Source of the DNA: Candidatus Dojkabacteria bacterium
Lineage (GTDB): Bacteria; Patescibacteriota; Dojkabacteria; J137
DNA length: 64,000 nucleotides
Direction: 5' to 3'
NCBI GenBank assembly: GCA_025999215.1
Contig: AP024679.1
Span: forward strand, 633,924 to 697,923
Positions 1 to 8,822 of this stretch are shown one piece after another. Below the pieces are notes generated by a model. That model was not told where the DNA came from. It saw only the letters and a program-made list of their open reading frames with translations, and ran no database searches. Position numbers and translations under genes: made by a program. How positions within the stretch are numbered: position 1 is the stretch's first letter; each line of letters opens with the position of its first letter.

Positions 1-478
1 GCCAATAATTTTTGTGGTTAATACTGCTGATCCTAACTCAAATTTAGTTCAAGAGATTAAAAAATTTGTAAAAGATAAAACCGTGTTACCTATGGATATT
101 AAACTTGAAGCAGATTTAGCTATGCTTGATGATCATGCAAAAAAGAGCTTTATGCAAGACTTGGGAATAAGTCAAACTGGCCTGGAAATTTTAACTAAGA
201 AAGCATATGATACTCTGAATTTAATATCTTTTTTTACACAAGGTCCAAAAGAAGTAAGGGCATGGACAATTAAAAGAGGAACTAACGCTCAACTTGCTTC
301 CGGAGTTATCCACACAGATTTTATTAAAAATTTTATTTCTGTTGAAGTTTGTAAATTTAGCGACTTTATTAATTATACAGGGTGGAACAATGCAAAGGAA
401 AATGGAAAGGTTAGGTATCAAGGCAGGGAATATATAGTTGAGGATGGTGATATTATGCTAATTCATCATAATTCATAA
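1..478 (+). CDS. ychF: Ribosome-binding ATPase YchF, C-terminal part (5' end lies outside the window)
   Basis: TGS/YchF C-terminal motifs (GPKEVRAWTIKRGTNAQLASGVIHTDF...); the ORF is open to the window edge. Confidence 0.8.
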   Translation, partial: PIIFVVNTADPNSNLVQEIKKFVKDKTVLPMDIKLEADLAMLDDHAKKSFMQDLGISQTGLEILTKKAYDTLNLISFFTQGPKEVRAWTIKRGTNAQLASGVIHTDFIKNFISVEVCKFSDFINYTGWNNAKENGKVRYQGREYIVEDGDIMLIHHNS

Positions 479-500
479 TGTCTGAATTTTGAAACATTAT

Positions 501-1001
501 TTACTGTTCTTTATTAATATTTTCATCATTACGTGGAAGAATATCACTGGCTTCTTCTATTAAGTCAGCACAAACTTCATCTAAAGTATTGCGAAAAGAT
601 TCTTCAAGTTCTGTTTCAAAATTAAAAAGATCTAAAATCTTGTCAACTAAAACTTCCATTCTGTTTCCTTCGCTTCTTACAAATGGAGCAAAAAAAGAGT
701 CATCATTAAAGCTAAATCTGCCTGGGTTATTTGCTATAAATATAATAAAAACTATTAGTTTTATTAACTTACTAGAAAAATAATCAGTTTCACTATCTAA
801 TTTCAACTCCAAATCTAAACGTTCTTTTGTTTTGCTTATTTTCTTTTTATCAAAAGCATCGAAAAAATTTTGAAACTCATTATCATTAGAGTATACTCTT
901 TCAGACTCCTTAAATAAATCCTCAAATAAATCCTCAAATGAATCATTTAAGCTTGGATTATTTACATTATTTTGCTCTTCAAAATTTGACATATAAATCA
1001 T
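501..1001 (-). CDS. Hypothetical acidic protein
   Basis: 166-aa ORF, very acidic (D/E-rich), no recognisable motif. Confidence 0.4.
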   Translation of the reverse strand: MIYMSNFEEQNNVNNPSLNDSFEDLFEDLFKESERVYSNDNEFQNFFDAFDKKKISKTKERLDLELKLDSETDYFSSKLIKLIVFIIFIANNPGRFSFNDDSFFAPFVRSEGNRMEVLVDKILDLFNFETELEESFRNTLDEVCADLIEEASDILPRNDENINKEQ

Positions 1002-1046
1002 TTATAAAAAGTTATGTTATTAGTTAGACTCTACTATTGTATCAAA

Positions 1047-3431
1047 TCAAACATTACTTTTCAACCTTTCTATCTCTTGAGATAGCATTTGAATATATAA
1101 AGCATAACCTATAGTATTTATATACCCATGTTGTTCTTTCCCTAACAAATTTCCAGCGCCTCTAATTTCAAGATCTTTGCTTGCTATGTTGTATCCAGAA
1201 CCCAATTCTTGATTATCAATAATTGTTTGAAGTCTCTCTAAATACTTATTGTTCGTACTTGAATTATAACCCCTACCAGAATAAAAAAGGTAGCAAAAAG
1301 CCTCCATATCTCCTCTACCTACTCTCCCTCTGAGTTGATAAAGTTGTGATAAGCCTAATTTTTCAGCTTTATCAATAATAATTGTATTGACATTTTGGTT
1401 ATCTAGTCCGTTTTCGATAATTGTTGTTGAAAGTAAAAGATCAAACTTTTTTGAATAGAATTCAAACATTACTTTATCTAAAACTTCAGGCTTCATTTGA
1501 CCATGAGCAACTCTCACTCTCAGTTTTGGTAAAAATTTTTTAAGTTTTTGTTCAATAGCGTAAATTGAATTAATATAATTGTGTACAAAATAAACTTGCC
1601 CACCTCTTTCAATTTCAAAATTGATTGCATTAATAATCTTATTCCAATCTTTCTTTATCAAAAAAGTTTTTATACTTTTTCTGTTTGGAGGTGGAGTTGT
1701 GATAATTGATAAATCTTGAATTGAACTTAACGCCATGCTTAAAGTTCGAGGAATTGGCGTAGCTGAAACTGAAAGTAAATGTGCTCCTAAATTTAATTTT
1801 TTAATTTTTTCTTTTTGCTTAACACCAAATTTTTGCTCTTCATCCACAACAATTAACCCCAAATTTTTAAAATCAACATCATTACTCAAAAGCCTATGTG
1901 TGCCTATAACTATATCAATTTCTCCGTTTTTTAACTTATTAATTACTTCTTTATTTTCATAATTATTTTTAAATCTTGATAAAAAATCAACTTTAAACCC
2001 AGTATTTTTAAACCTTTCAAAAAATGTTTTATAATGTTGTGCAACTAAAACTGTAGTAGGAGCTAAAATTAGGACTTGTACTCCATCAAAAACTACTCTG
2101 TAAGCAATTCTTAATATAACTTCAGTTTTTCCAAAACCTACATCTCCTATCAACAATCTATTCATTGGTCTTGAGGTAGAAATATCTTTTTCACATTCAA
2201 AAATAGCTTTTTTCTGATCATCGGTTAAATCAAATTGGAAATTATCCACAAATTTGTTATATTTTTCATCATCAACTATTGATATCGGCTTTGCTTTTGC
2301 TAGCTCTCGCTTAGCAAAATGTTCAATTAGCTCCATTGCAATTTTTCTTGTTTCAGCTTTTACTTTCTTTTTTAAATTTTTCCATTTTACTGTACCTAAG
2401 GTTGATAATTCAGGCTCTAAATCTGACTGCCCAATATATTTTGAAATTTTAGATAGTTGATGGATAGGTACATAAACTGTATCTCCATGTTTGTACTCTA
2501 TAACTATATATTCTTGTTGTGAATCATTTACAAATTGTTGTTCCAAACCTTTATACAATCCTACTCCATAATCTTCATGCACAACATAATCATTTATGTT
2601 TATTTTACCTTCAAACTTTTCAAGCAACTTCGATATATTTTTATTTTTTATGCCGTAATTTTTATTGAATATGCTTATTGTTCCAAAAGTTTCTCGCTCA
2701 CTAAGCATTACAATTTTGTTCATTGAATCAATGAAGCCTGCTTGTATATTTATTGGTTTCTTACTCTCAGCAAGCTTGATTGCATCATTTTCTATTTTGT
2801 ATCTTAAATTAAATTTTTTAAAAAATTTTTGGATTTCTTTTGGGATTTTATCTAAATTTAAATTAGTGTAAATTTTATAATTTTGAGAATTCCATTTTAT
2901 TAAATCTTTTTGCAACAAATCAATCCTGCCAAAATACAAAGCAGGTAAAGAAACTTTGGCGTCAATATATTCATTTTCAATAATTTGATTTGTAAAAATG
3001 ATATATTTTAAATCAGTATTATTATCCTGAATTTTAATGTGTGATAAATCAAATTGATCAGGTAATAAAATTAATCTATCTGTCTCTAGTAGTTTTTTAA
3101 AGTCAATGTTGTTAAGTAATTCTATAGATTCACATTCTTCACCCCAAAAATTAATTCTAACAGGGTTACTATAACCTTTGAGCCAAGCCGTTATTGTGTC
3201 TCCTTTTATTCCATATTCTCCTTCGCTATTAACTACTTCAACATATTTGTAGCTTAAGTTAAAAATGTTTTTTAATTTATTAAACATTAGACTTTTTTTA
3301 TCAATCACATTAATTTTTTCAAAAACTTTAATTATATCGGCACTGAAATATTCACTATAAACTAGACTCTCATCCTCAATAAAAAGAGGAATTAAATGTA
3401 ATGGAATTTTTATAATACTAAAATTTTTCAC
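1047..3431 (-). CDS. mfd: Transcription-repair coupling factor Mfd, short form (794 aa)
   Basis: Mfd-specific helicase motif I (LLIGDVGFGKTEV), RNAP-interaction-like segment (VVHEDYGVGLYKGL) and TRG-type C-terminus. About 190 N-terminal residues are missing relative to E. coli Mfd. Confidence 0.8.
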   Translation of the reverse strand: MKNFSIIKIPLHLIPLFIEDESLVYSEYFSADIIKVFEKINVIDKKSLMFNKLKNIFNLSYKYVEVVNSEGEYGIKGDTITAWLKGYSNPVRINFWGEECESIELLNNIDFKKLLETDRLILLPDQFDLSHIKIQDNNTDLKYIIFTNQIIENEYIDAKVSLPALYFGRIDLLQKDLIKWNSQNYKIYTNLNLDKIPKEIQKFFKKFNLRYKIENDAIKLAESKKPINIQAGFIDSMNKIVMLSERETFGTISIFNKNYGIKNKNISKLLEKFEGKININDYVVHEDYGVGLYKGLEQQFVNDSQQEYIVIEYKHGDTVYVPIHQLSKISKYIGQSDLEPELSTLGTVKWKNLKKKVKAETRKIAMELIEHFAKRELAKAKPISIVDDEKYNKFVDNFQFDLTDDQKKAIFECEKDISTSRPMNRLLIGDVGFGKTEVILRIAYRVVFDGVQVLILAPTTVLVAQHYKTFFERFKNTGFKVDFLSRFKNNYENKEVINKLKNGEIDIVIGTHRLLSNDVDFKNLGLIVVDEEQKFGVKQKEKIKKLNLGAHLLSVSATPIPRTLSMALSSIQDLSIITTPPPNRKSIKTFLIKKDWNKIINAINFEIERGGQVYFVHNYINSIYAIEQKLKKFLPKLRVRVAHGQMKPEVLDKVMFEFYSKKFDLLLSTTIIENGLDNQNVNTIIIDKAEKLGLSQLYQLRGRVGRGDMEAFCYLFYSGRGYNSSTNNKYLERLQTIIDNQELGSGYNIASKDLEIRGAGNLLGKEQHGYINTIGYALYIQMLSQEIERLKSNV

Positions 3432-3440
3432 TGGAGAATT

Positions 3441-6400
3441 TTAAATTATTTTTTTAAGCCATTGACCTGTATAGCTATTTTCACAATTCATCACATCTTC
3501 AACACTACCTTCAACTACAATTTCACCTCCTCTATCACCACCTTCCGGACCTAAATCAATTATCCAATCAGCAGTTTTAATTACATCTAAGTTATGTTCA
3601 ATCACCAAAACTGTGTTACCTTTTGCAACCAAACCATGAAGCACCAAAAGCAATTTCCTTACATCTTCAAAATGCAACCCAGTTGTAGGTTCATCTAAAA
3701 TATAGAATGTTTTACCTGTTGAACGCTTTGATAGTTCTGTTGCTAGTTTTACTCTTTGCGATTCACCACCTGATAGAGTTGTTGCACCTTGACCTAATCT
3801 GATATAACCCAATCCTACATCATTCAATGTTTTTAGCTTAGTTTTAATTTTAGGAATATTTTCAAAAAAGCTTAGTGCTTCATTTACCGTCATATCCAAA
3901 ACTTCAGAAATGTTTTTTCCTTTATAATCAATTTGTAAAGTCTCTCTGTTGTATCGCTTTCCGTTACACTCATCGCATTTAACGTAAACATCTGGCAAAA
4001 ATTGCATTGAAATTTGAATAACGCCTGCTCCTTGACATGCTTCACATCTACCTCCTTTTACATTGAAGCTAAACCTTCCCGGTTTGTAACCTCTTGCTCT
4101 TGCTTCTTTAGTTTGTGCAAAAATATTCCTAATTTCTGTGAAAATTCCCGTGTAAGTTGCTGGATTTGATCTTGGTGTTCTTCCGATTGGCGATTGATCA
4201 ATATCTATCACTTTATCAATGTGCTCAATTCCTCGTAATGTTCCAAATTTACCGAGTTGATTTGAATTACCATTTAACTCTTTTGCTAGTGCTTTGTAAA
4301 GAATTTCATTTACTAATGTAGATTTTCCAGATCCTGATACTCCTGTAACTGCTACAAATTTACCTAGAGGAAATTCACAATCAAATCCTTTGAGATTATT
4401 TTCTTGAACATTTGTAACAATTATTTTGTTGTTGTTTACTTTTCTAAAAGATTTTAAGCCTAATTGCTGTTTAACTTCTTTTTCTATTTCATTTTTTGAA
4501 ATTTGAAGTTTTTTTGATAAATATTTACCTGTTATTGAATTATCAACTTTTTTAATGCCTTCTACATCTCCTGCGTATACTACTTCACCTCCTTTTTCGC
4601 CAGCACCAGGACCTATATCAATAATATAATCAGCTCTATTTATAGTATCTTCATCATGTTCAACAACTATAACAGTGTTACCGATATCTCTTAAATTTTC
4701 TAAAGTTCTAATTAATCTTTCATTATCTCTTTGATGCAATCCAATTGAAGGCTCATCAAGCACATACAAAACTCCCGTTAATCCTGTACCTATTTGAGAA
4801 GCTAAACGAATTCTTTGAGATTCACCACCTGATAAAGTTTTGGCAGATCTACTAAGCGTTAAATATTCAAGACCAACAGCAAGCAAAAAGTCTAGGCGCG
4901 ATTCAATTTCTTTAAAAACTTGCTTTCCTATCACGAGTTCTTGATTTGATAATGAATCGTCGTCATTGATTTGTATGCCAAAAAGTTCTTGCATTGTTTG
5001 AGAAGTTTGTAACTTCGCCTTTCCTTGTTTTGTTTGTGATACCCAAAGCTTAGCTTGTTTAATAGACATATTAACAACATCCACAATGTTTAAACCATTT
5101 ATTGTAACACTTAGAGATTCTTTCTTGAGTCTATAGCCATTACATTCTGGGCAAACCTTTTCAAACATATATTGCTCAATTTCGCTCCTTACATACTCAG
5201 ATTCACTCTCTTGATATCGTCTCATTAAATTTGGAATCACACCTTCATATTTCAAACTAACTTTCTTCTTGTTTCTGTACGAATCTGTATACTCAATTTC
5301 AAAAGTTTTATCGGGTAGTCCAAACATCAAAATATCAAAATGTTTTTTACTTAACTCACCAATAGGCTTTTTAAGCGAAAAACCTTCTTTTTTAGCAACA
5401 TTATGAATTAATTTCATCATGTAAGAATTCTCATTATCTATTATTCTGTTCCATGGATAAATTCCACCTTCCATCACTGTCAATCGTGGATTGTAAACTA
5501 GAGACAGATCGATTTCTTTTATAAATCCCAAACCGCCGCACTTACTGCACGCACCATGAGGGGAATTGAATGAAAAAGAATGAGGTTCAATTTCTGGAAA
5601 AGATTCACCAGTAGTAGGATCAACTAATTTTTCAGAATAAAAAAGATCCCCATTTTCATTCGTTTTTAAAATAGATTTATAATTTTTAAAATCATTCAAA
5701 TGAACATATATTTCACCATTGCCATAACTTAAAGCTAGTTCAACAGAATCAGTTAACCTTTTTATAAAATTATCATCATCTTTTGAATCATTATTTAAAA
5801 CAAGCCTATCAATAATCAAATCAATATTGTGTTTTACATACCTTTCTAAAGTGATATCTTCTTCAAGCGAGTAAATTTGCCCATCCACTCTCACTCTAGC
5901 AAAACCTTGAGCTAAAAATCGTGTGAATAGTTCTTCATATGTGCCCTTTCGACTTTTAATAACCGGAGCAATAATCATGATTTTAAGCTTATCAAATTTT
6001 AGTTTTTGGGGTAATTCACAAATGCTATCTACAATTTGCTGTACTGTTTGTTTTTGCAATCGCTCACCAGTTTTGTGGCTTCTTGGGTGCCCCACTCTAG
6101 CAAATAAAAGTCTTAAATAGTCATAAATTTCTGTTACTGTTCCAACGGTGGATCGTGGATTGTGTCCTGTCGACTTTTGATCAATTGAAATTGCCGGTGA
6201 AAGTCCTTCAATCAAATCTACATCAGGTTTATCCATTAAACCTAAAAATTGCCTTGCATAAGACGATAATGACTCTACATACCGTCGTTGTCCTTCTGCA
6301 TAAATCGTATCAAACGCAAGTGATGACTTACCTGATCCTGATAAACCTGTGATAACTGTTAATTTATTTTTTGAAATATCTACATCTATGTTTTTTAGAT

Positions 6401-6443
6401 TGTGAGTTCGGGCTCCTCTTACTTTGATTTTTTCTATAGCCAT
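3441..6443 (-). CDS. uvrA: Excinuclease ABC subunit A
   Basis: 1000 aa with two ABC ATPase modules (GLSGSGKSSLAFDTIYAEGQRRYVESLS; second Walker A GVSGSGKSTL) and zinc-finger cysteines. Confidence 0.95.
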   Translation of the reverse strand: MAIEKIKVRGARTHNLKNIDVDISKNKLTVITGLSGSGKSSLAFDTIYAEGQRRYVESLSSYARQFLGLMDKPDVDLIEGLSPAISIDQKSTGHNPRSTVGTVTEIYDYLRLLFARVGHPRSHKTGERLQKQTVQQIVDSICELPQKLKFDKLKIMIIAPVIKSRKGTYEELFTRFLAQGFARVRVDGQIYSLEEDITLERYVKHNIDLIIDRLVLNNDSKDDDNFIKRLTDSVELALSYGNGEIYVHLNDFKNYKSILKTNENGDLFYSEKLVDPTTGESFPEIEPHSFSFNSPHGACSKCGGLGFIKEIDLSLVYNPRLTVMEGGIYPWNRIIDNENSYMMKLIHNVAKKEGFSLKKPIGELSKKHFDILMFGLPDKTFEIEYTDSYRNKKKVSLKYEGVIPNLMRRYQESESEYVRSEIEQYMFEKVCPECNGYRLKKESLSVTINGLNIVDVVNMSIKQAKLWVSQTKQGKAKLQTSQTMQELFGIQINDDDSLSNQELVIGKQVFKEIESRLDFLLAVGLEYLTLSRSAKTLSGGESQRIRLASQIGTGLTGVLYVLDEPSIGLHQRDNERLIRTLENLRDIGNTVIVVEHDEDTINRADYIIDIGPGAGEKGGEVVYAGDVEGIKKVDNSITGKYLSKKLQISKNEIEKEVKQQLGLKSFRKVNNNKIIVTNVQENNLKGFDCEFPLGKFVAVTGVSGSGKSTLVNEILYKALAKELNGNSNQLGKFGTLRGIEHIDKVIDIDQSPIGRTPRSNPATYTGIFTEIRNIFAQTKEARARGYKPGRFSFNVKGGRCEACQGAGVIQISMQFLPDVYVKCDECNGKRYNRETLQIDYKGKNISEVLDMTVNEALSFFENIPKIKTKLKTLNDVGLGYIRLGQGATTLSGGESQRVKLATELSKRSTGKTFYILDEPTTGLHFEDVRKLLLVLHGLVAKGNTVLVIEHNLDVIKTADWIIDLGPEGGDRGGEIVVEGSVEDVMNCENSYTGQWLKKII

Positions 6444-6558
6444 AATGTTTTTTTAAACGCTATCCAGTCATTATAACATTCTCTGTTAATATTTTTAAAA
6501 TTGTATAGCAAAATTTTTTATTAAAATTAAAATATTTTATAAAAAACTTCAAAAAGAC

Positions 6559-6587
6559 TTGAACTTTTTTTGAAAATGATGTAAAAT
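6559..6587 (+). promoter_or_regulatory. Sigma70-type promoter, TTGAAC-17-TAAAAT
   Basis: -35 at 6559-6564, 17-nt spacer, -10 at 6582-6587. No ORF downstream. Confidence 0.5.
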
Positions 6588-6593
6588 TGCTTA

Positions 6594-6665
6594 GTGGTAA
6601 CTCATGTGTATAGAACCATGTGTTGCCCCTTCCCTAAAACCCTTCAAGTTCCTTGAAGGGTTTTT
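6594..6665 (+). ncRNA. Candidate small RNA 1 (about 72 nt), ends in an intrinsic terminator
   Basis: Transcript predicted from the 6559-6587 promoter. Terminator: 9-bp stem CCCTTCAAG/CTTGAAGGG (6640-6660) followed by TTTTT. Confidence 0.35.
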
Positions 6666-7328
6666 ACTTTCTTATGTCAATACTTCACAAAAAAATTAAA
6701 ATGAGCAATTTAAAACATGTAAAAAAGTATGGTAAAATTTAGTTAATCGTACTTTAGAATCGGTGAAATAGTGCTAGGCGAAAGGCTAAATATAGATCAA
6801 GGCAGTAAAAGCCCCCCAACACCTCAACACCCATTCCATTATTCATAATTGATAAGTAATCTATAAAAAATTTGGTAGTATTTTTAGTACTTTTATTGAT
6901 AACTAAAAAATTTCGAAGTGTATTAGGATATATATTATATACTAATTTTCTTTGCAAACCCTAGAGCTTTTCATTTTAAAGCTCAAACTTTACAGATTAA
7001 TAAATTTTCACTAAAAAACTTTACATATTTAACAAATATTTTGTGTACCTGTTCAGGTGGGATAATGTTCCATGACTGAACGGCGATTTCCCACCTTTTA
7101 CTACAAAGTTAATATATTTTTCTAAATTTGAATATTGAAAATGTAAAATTAACTGTCGTGAGCGAACGGCTATTACTCTTTTAATTTTTCGAAAACTCCT
7201 TCTATCTATATTTTAAATTATAACAAAATTTAGTTTTTATAAGAAAAATAAAAAAGGCTTGTTTTTTGTTTAGTTTTATTATAAAATGACATAGGATGTT
7301 TTTTTCATTTTTGTATCCTTTTTTTATA

Positions 7329-7359
7329 CCCTTCCAGTTCCATCTAGGAAGGGTTTTTT
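7329..7359 (+). terminator. Intrinsic terminator-like hairpin, CCCTTCC-loop-GGAAGGG plus T6
   Basis: Stem 7329-7335 / 7347-7353, then T-tract 7354-7359. Sequence resembles the 6640-6665 terminator, suggesting a paralogous unit. Confidence 0.45.
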
Positions 7360-7421
7360 CTTACTAAAATAACTGATTAGTTTAAAGCTAAAATTTCAAG
7401 CAAAATTTTAGCCAATAAATG

Positions 7422-7449
7422 TTGACTTTTTTTAATTTTAATATATAGT
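7422..7449 (+). promoter_or_regulatory. Sigma70-type promoter, TTGACT-16-TATAGT
   Basis: -35 at 7422-7427 and -10 at 7444-7449 in an ORF-free region. Confidence 0.45.
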
Positions 7450-7455
7450 ATACCT

Positions 7456-7556
7456 TTCAAACTTGCCGCGGAGTTTCCCGGTTCGCGTTCTCTAAGGCAA
7501 GTGAAGTCTATCTATATGGTGGGTAAAGAAAAATCCAGGCCAGCTTTCACCCACCA
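7456..7556 (+). ncRNA. Candidate small RNA 2 (about 100 nt)
   Basis: Predicted from the promoter at 7422-7449. Internal stem CTTGCC...GGCAAG. Terminal 9-bp stem ATGGTGGGT/ACCCACCAT (7506-7547) followed by a U-rich tail. Confidence 0.35.
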
Positions 7557-7688
7557 TATTTCTTTGATAAAAAAAACTTATTATAATTTTTTCAATAAAT
7601 ATTTCCATCAGAATCTATCTATACAACATCAAAATTAATTGTAAGATTTAATATTTACTAATAATACAATTTATAGTACAATACTAAT

Positions 7689-7756
7689 GCCGTGAACACA
7701 CACTCCTAACGGCACATTGAGCTCATTTATCATAAATGAGCTCTTTTACTTTTTTA
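7689..7756 (+). ncRNA. Candidate small RNA 3 (about 68 nt) with a strong intrinsic terminator
   Basis: Possible promoter TTTACT-17-TACAAT (7654-7682). Hairpin GCCGT/ACGGC. Terminator: 10-bp stem GAGCTCATTT/AAATGAGCTC (7719-7743) plus a T-run. Confidence 0.35.
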
Positions 7757-7858
7757 AAATTTATTTAAGTACGTAATTTTTTGATTTAAATACTCTTATT
7801 TAACTTGCATAATTTTTTGTTTTATTGTATCTTTACGATAATTGACACCCTCTTTCTG

Positions 7859-7893
7859 GCTCCAGAAGCAAACTTCTGGAGCTTTTTCTTTTT
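7859..7893 (+). terminator. Intrinsic terminator, GCTCCAGAAG-CAAA-CTTCTGGAGC plus T-tract
   Basis: Perfect 10-bp stem (7859-7882) followed by TTTTTCTTTTT, with no upstream ORF. Fits the same small-RNA array. Confidence 0.5.
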
Positions 7894-8121
7894 GTGGATG
7901 ATAATTGCAAAATTTAATTAGGTTACTATCATGCAATATGTTAAAATGGAAGTGTTAGAGCTTTTCTCTCAAGCTTTAGCAAAGGAGAATTCTTGACGCC
8001 CACTCAAGAATTCTCCAAATTTCCTTCTTGTTTATCTCTTTTGATGGTTAACAATATACGATAAAACTAAAACAGCCATGAGGTTTGAGCACATTTCAAT
8101 ATTTTTTGTAAATAAAAAAAT

Positions 8122-8150
8122 TTGACAAAGTTTATTTAAACGTGTTACAA
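8122..8150 (+). promoter_or_regulatory. Sigma70-type promoter, TTGACA-17-TACAAT
   Basis: Consensus -35 at 8122-8127, 17-nt spacer, -10 at 8145-8150. Downstream is a structured region closed by ACCAGGGG(8161-8168)/CCCCTGGT(8203-8210). Confidence 0.5.
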
Positions 8151-8665
8151 TGCATTAATTACCAGGGGTTTCAGGATGCGACATTACCATTGTCGTCCCT
8201 CCTCAAATTGCTCATGAAGCGTGCCCCTGGTCTTTCCTTATATCAACTTAGGTTTTTAGAGTTATTTTAAGCAGATTTTTTCACTGGGTATGTTATTTAA
8301 ATTAAATATAAATTATTTTTCATTATAGTTTCAAACTTGTAATTATTTTGATTTTTCTTTATAACTATTCCGCTTAGCATGGTCTCATTCGCCATGGCTT
8401 TGCAACTCCGCTTACTTGTTGATATACAAAATTTTCTTTAATATCTATATAAGTATCGTCTTTATTTTATTAAATTATTTGTTAACTTAAACAGTTTTTA
8501 ATACATTGCCAATTGTTAAAAATATTTAATAAAAATTTTTTGACAGTTACAAAGTTTTTTATTTATTGATCAACAAGGAAAGTAATTTATTGTTGAATGT
8601 TGAATTAATATTTTAAAAGAATTTAACTATCTTTATATTCACACCCCAAGAATCTACTAATGTTG

Positions 8666-8694
8666 TTGACACTAAAGTGTGTGTATGGTATAAT
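8666..8694 (+). promoter_or_regulatory. Perfect consensus sigma70 promoter with extended -10, TTGACA-17-TGgTATAAT
   Basis: -35 TTGACA at 8666-8671, 17-nt spacer, TG at 8686-8687, -10 TATAAT at 8689-8694. Confidence 0.7.
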
Positions 8695-8700
8695 ACTGAG

Positions 8701-8822
8701 TATGGCCCCCAAATTGGGGCCTGCAGCAGATGAGGCTTCGTGCCTCTTGTGTGTGGTATGATGCACCCTCACAATGTGGAAAACACGGAGCCTCAAAACC
8801 AAATCATCTGCTAACTTTTTCT
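8701..8822 (+). ncRNA. Candidate highly expressed structured small RNA (about 120 nt), antisense to the tyrS 3' end
   Basis: Starts about 7 nt after the perfect promoter. 5' hairpin GGCCCC-CAAATT-GGGGCC (8704-8721). Nested long-range pairings GCAGCAGATGA(8724-8734)/TCATCTGCT(8804-8812) and GAGGCTTCG/CGGAGCCTC. Then a TTTTT tract at 8816-8820. Overlaps the last roughly 20 nt of tyrS on the opposite strand. Confidence 0.45.

Noticed and set aside
6444-8800. Possibility that the non-coding units are known housekeeping RNAs (SRP RNA, tmRNA, RNase P, 6S) or rRNA fragments
   Set aside because: No SRP helix-8 GGAA/AGCAG motif, no tmRNA 5' GGGGCUGAUUCUGGAUUCGACGGG or tRNA-like 3' end, no RNase P P4 sequence and no 16S/23S signatures were seen by eye. 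Left as unknown sRNA candidates.
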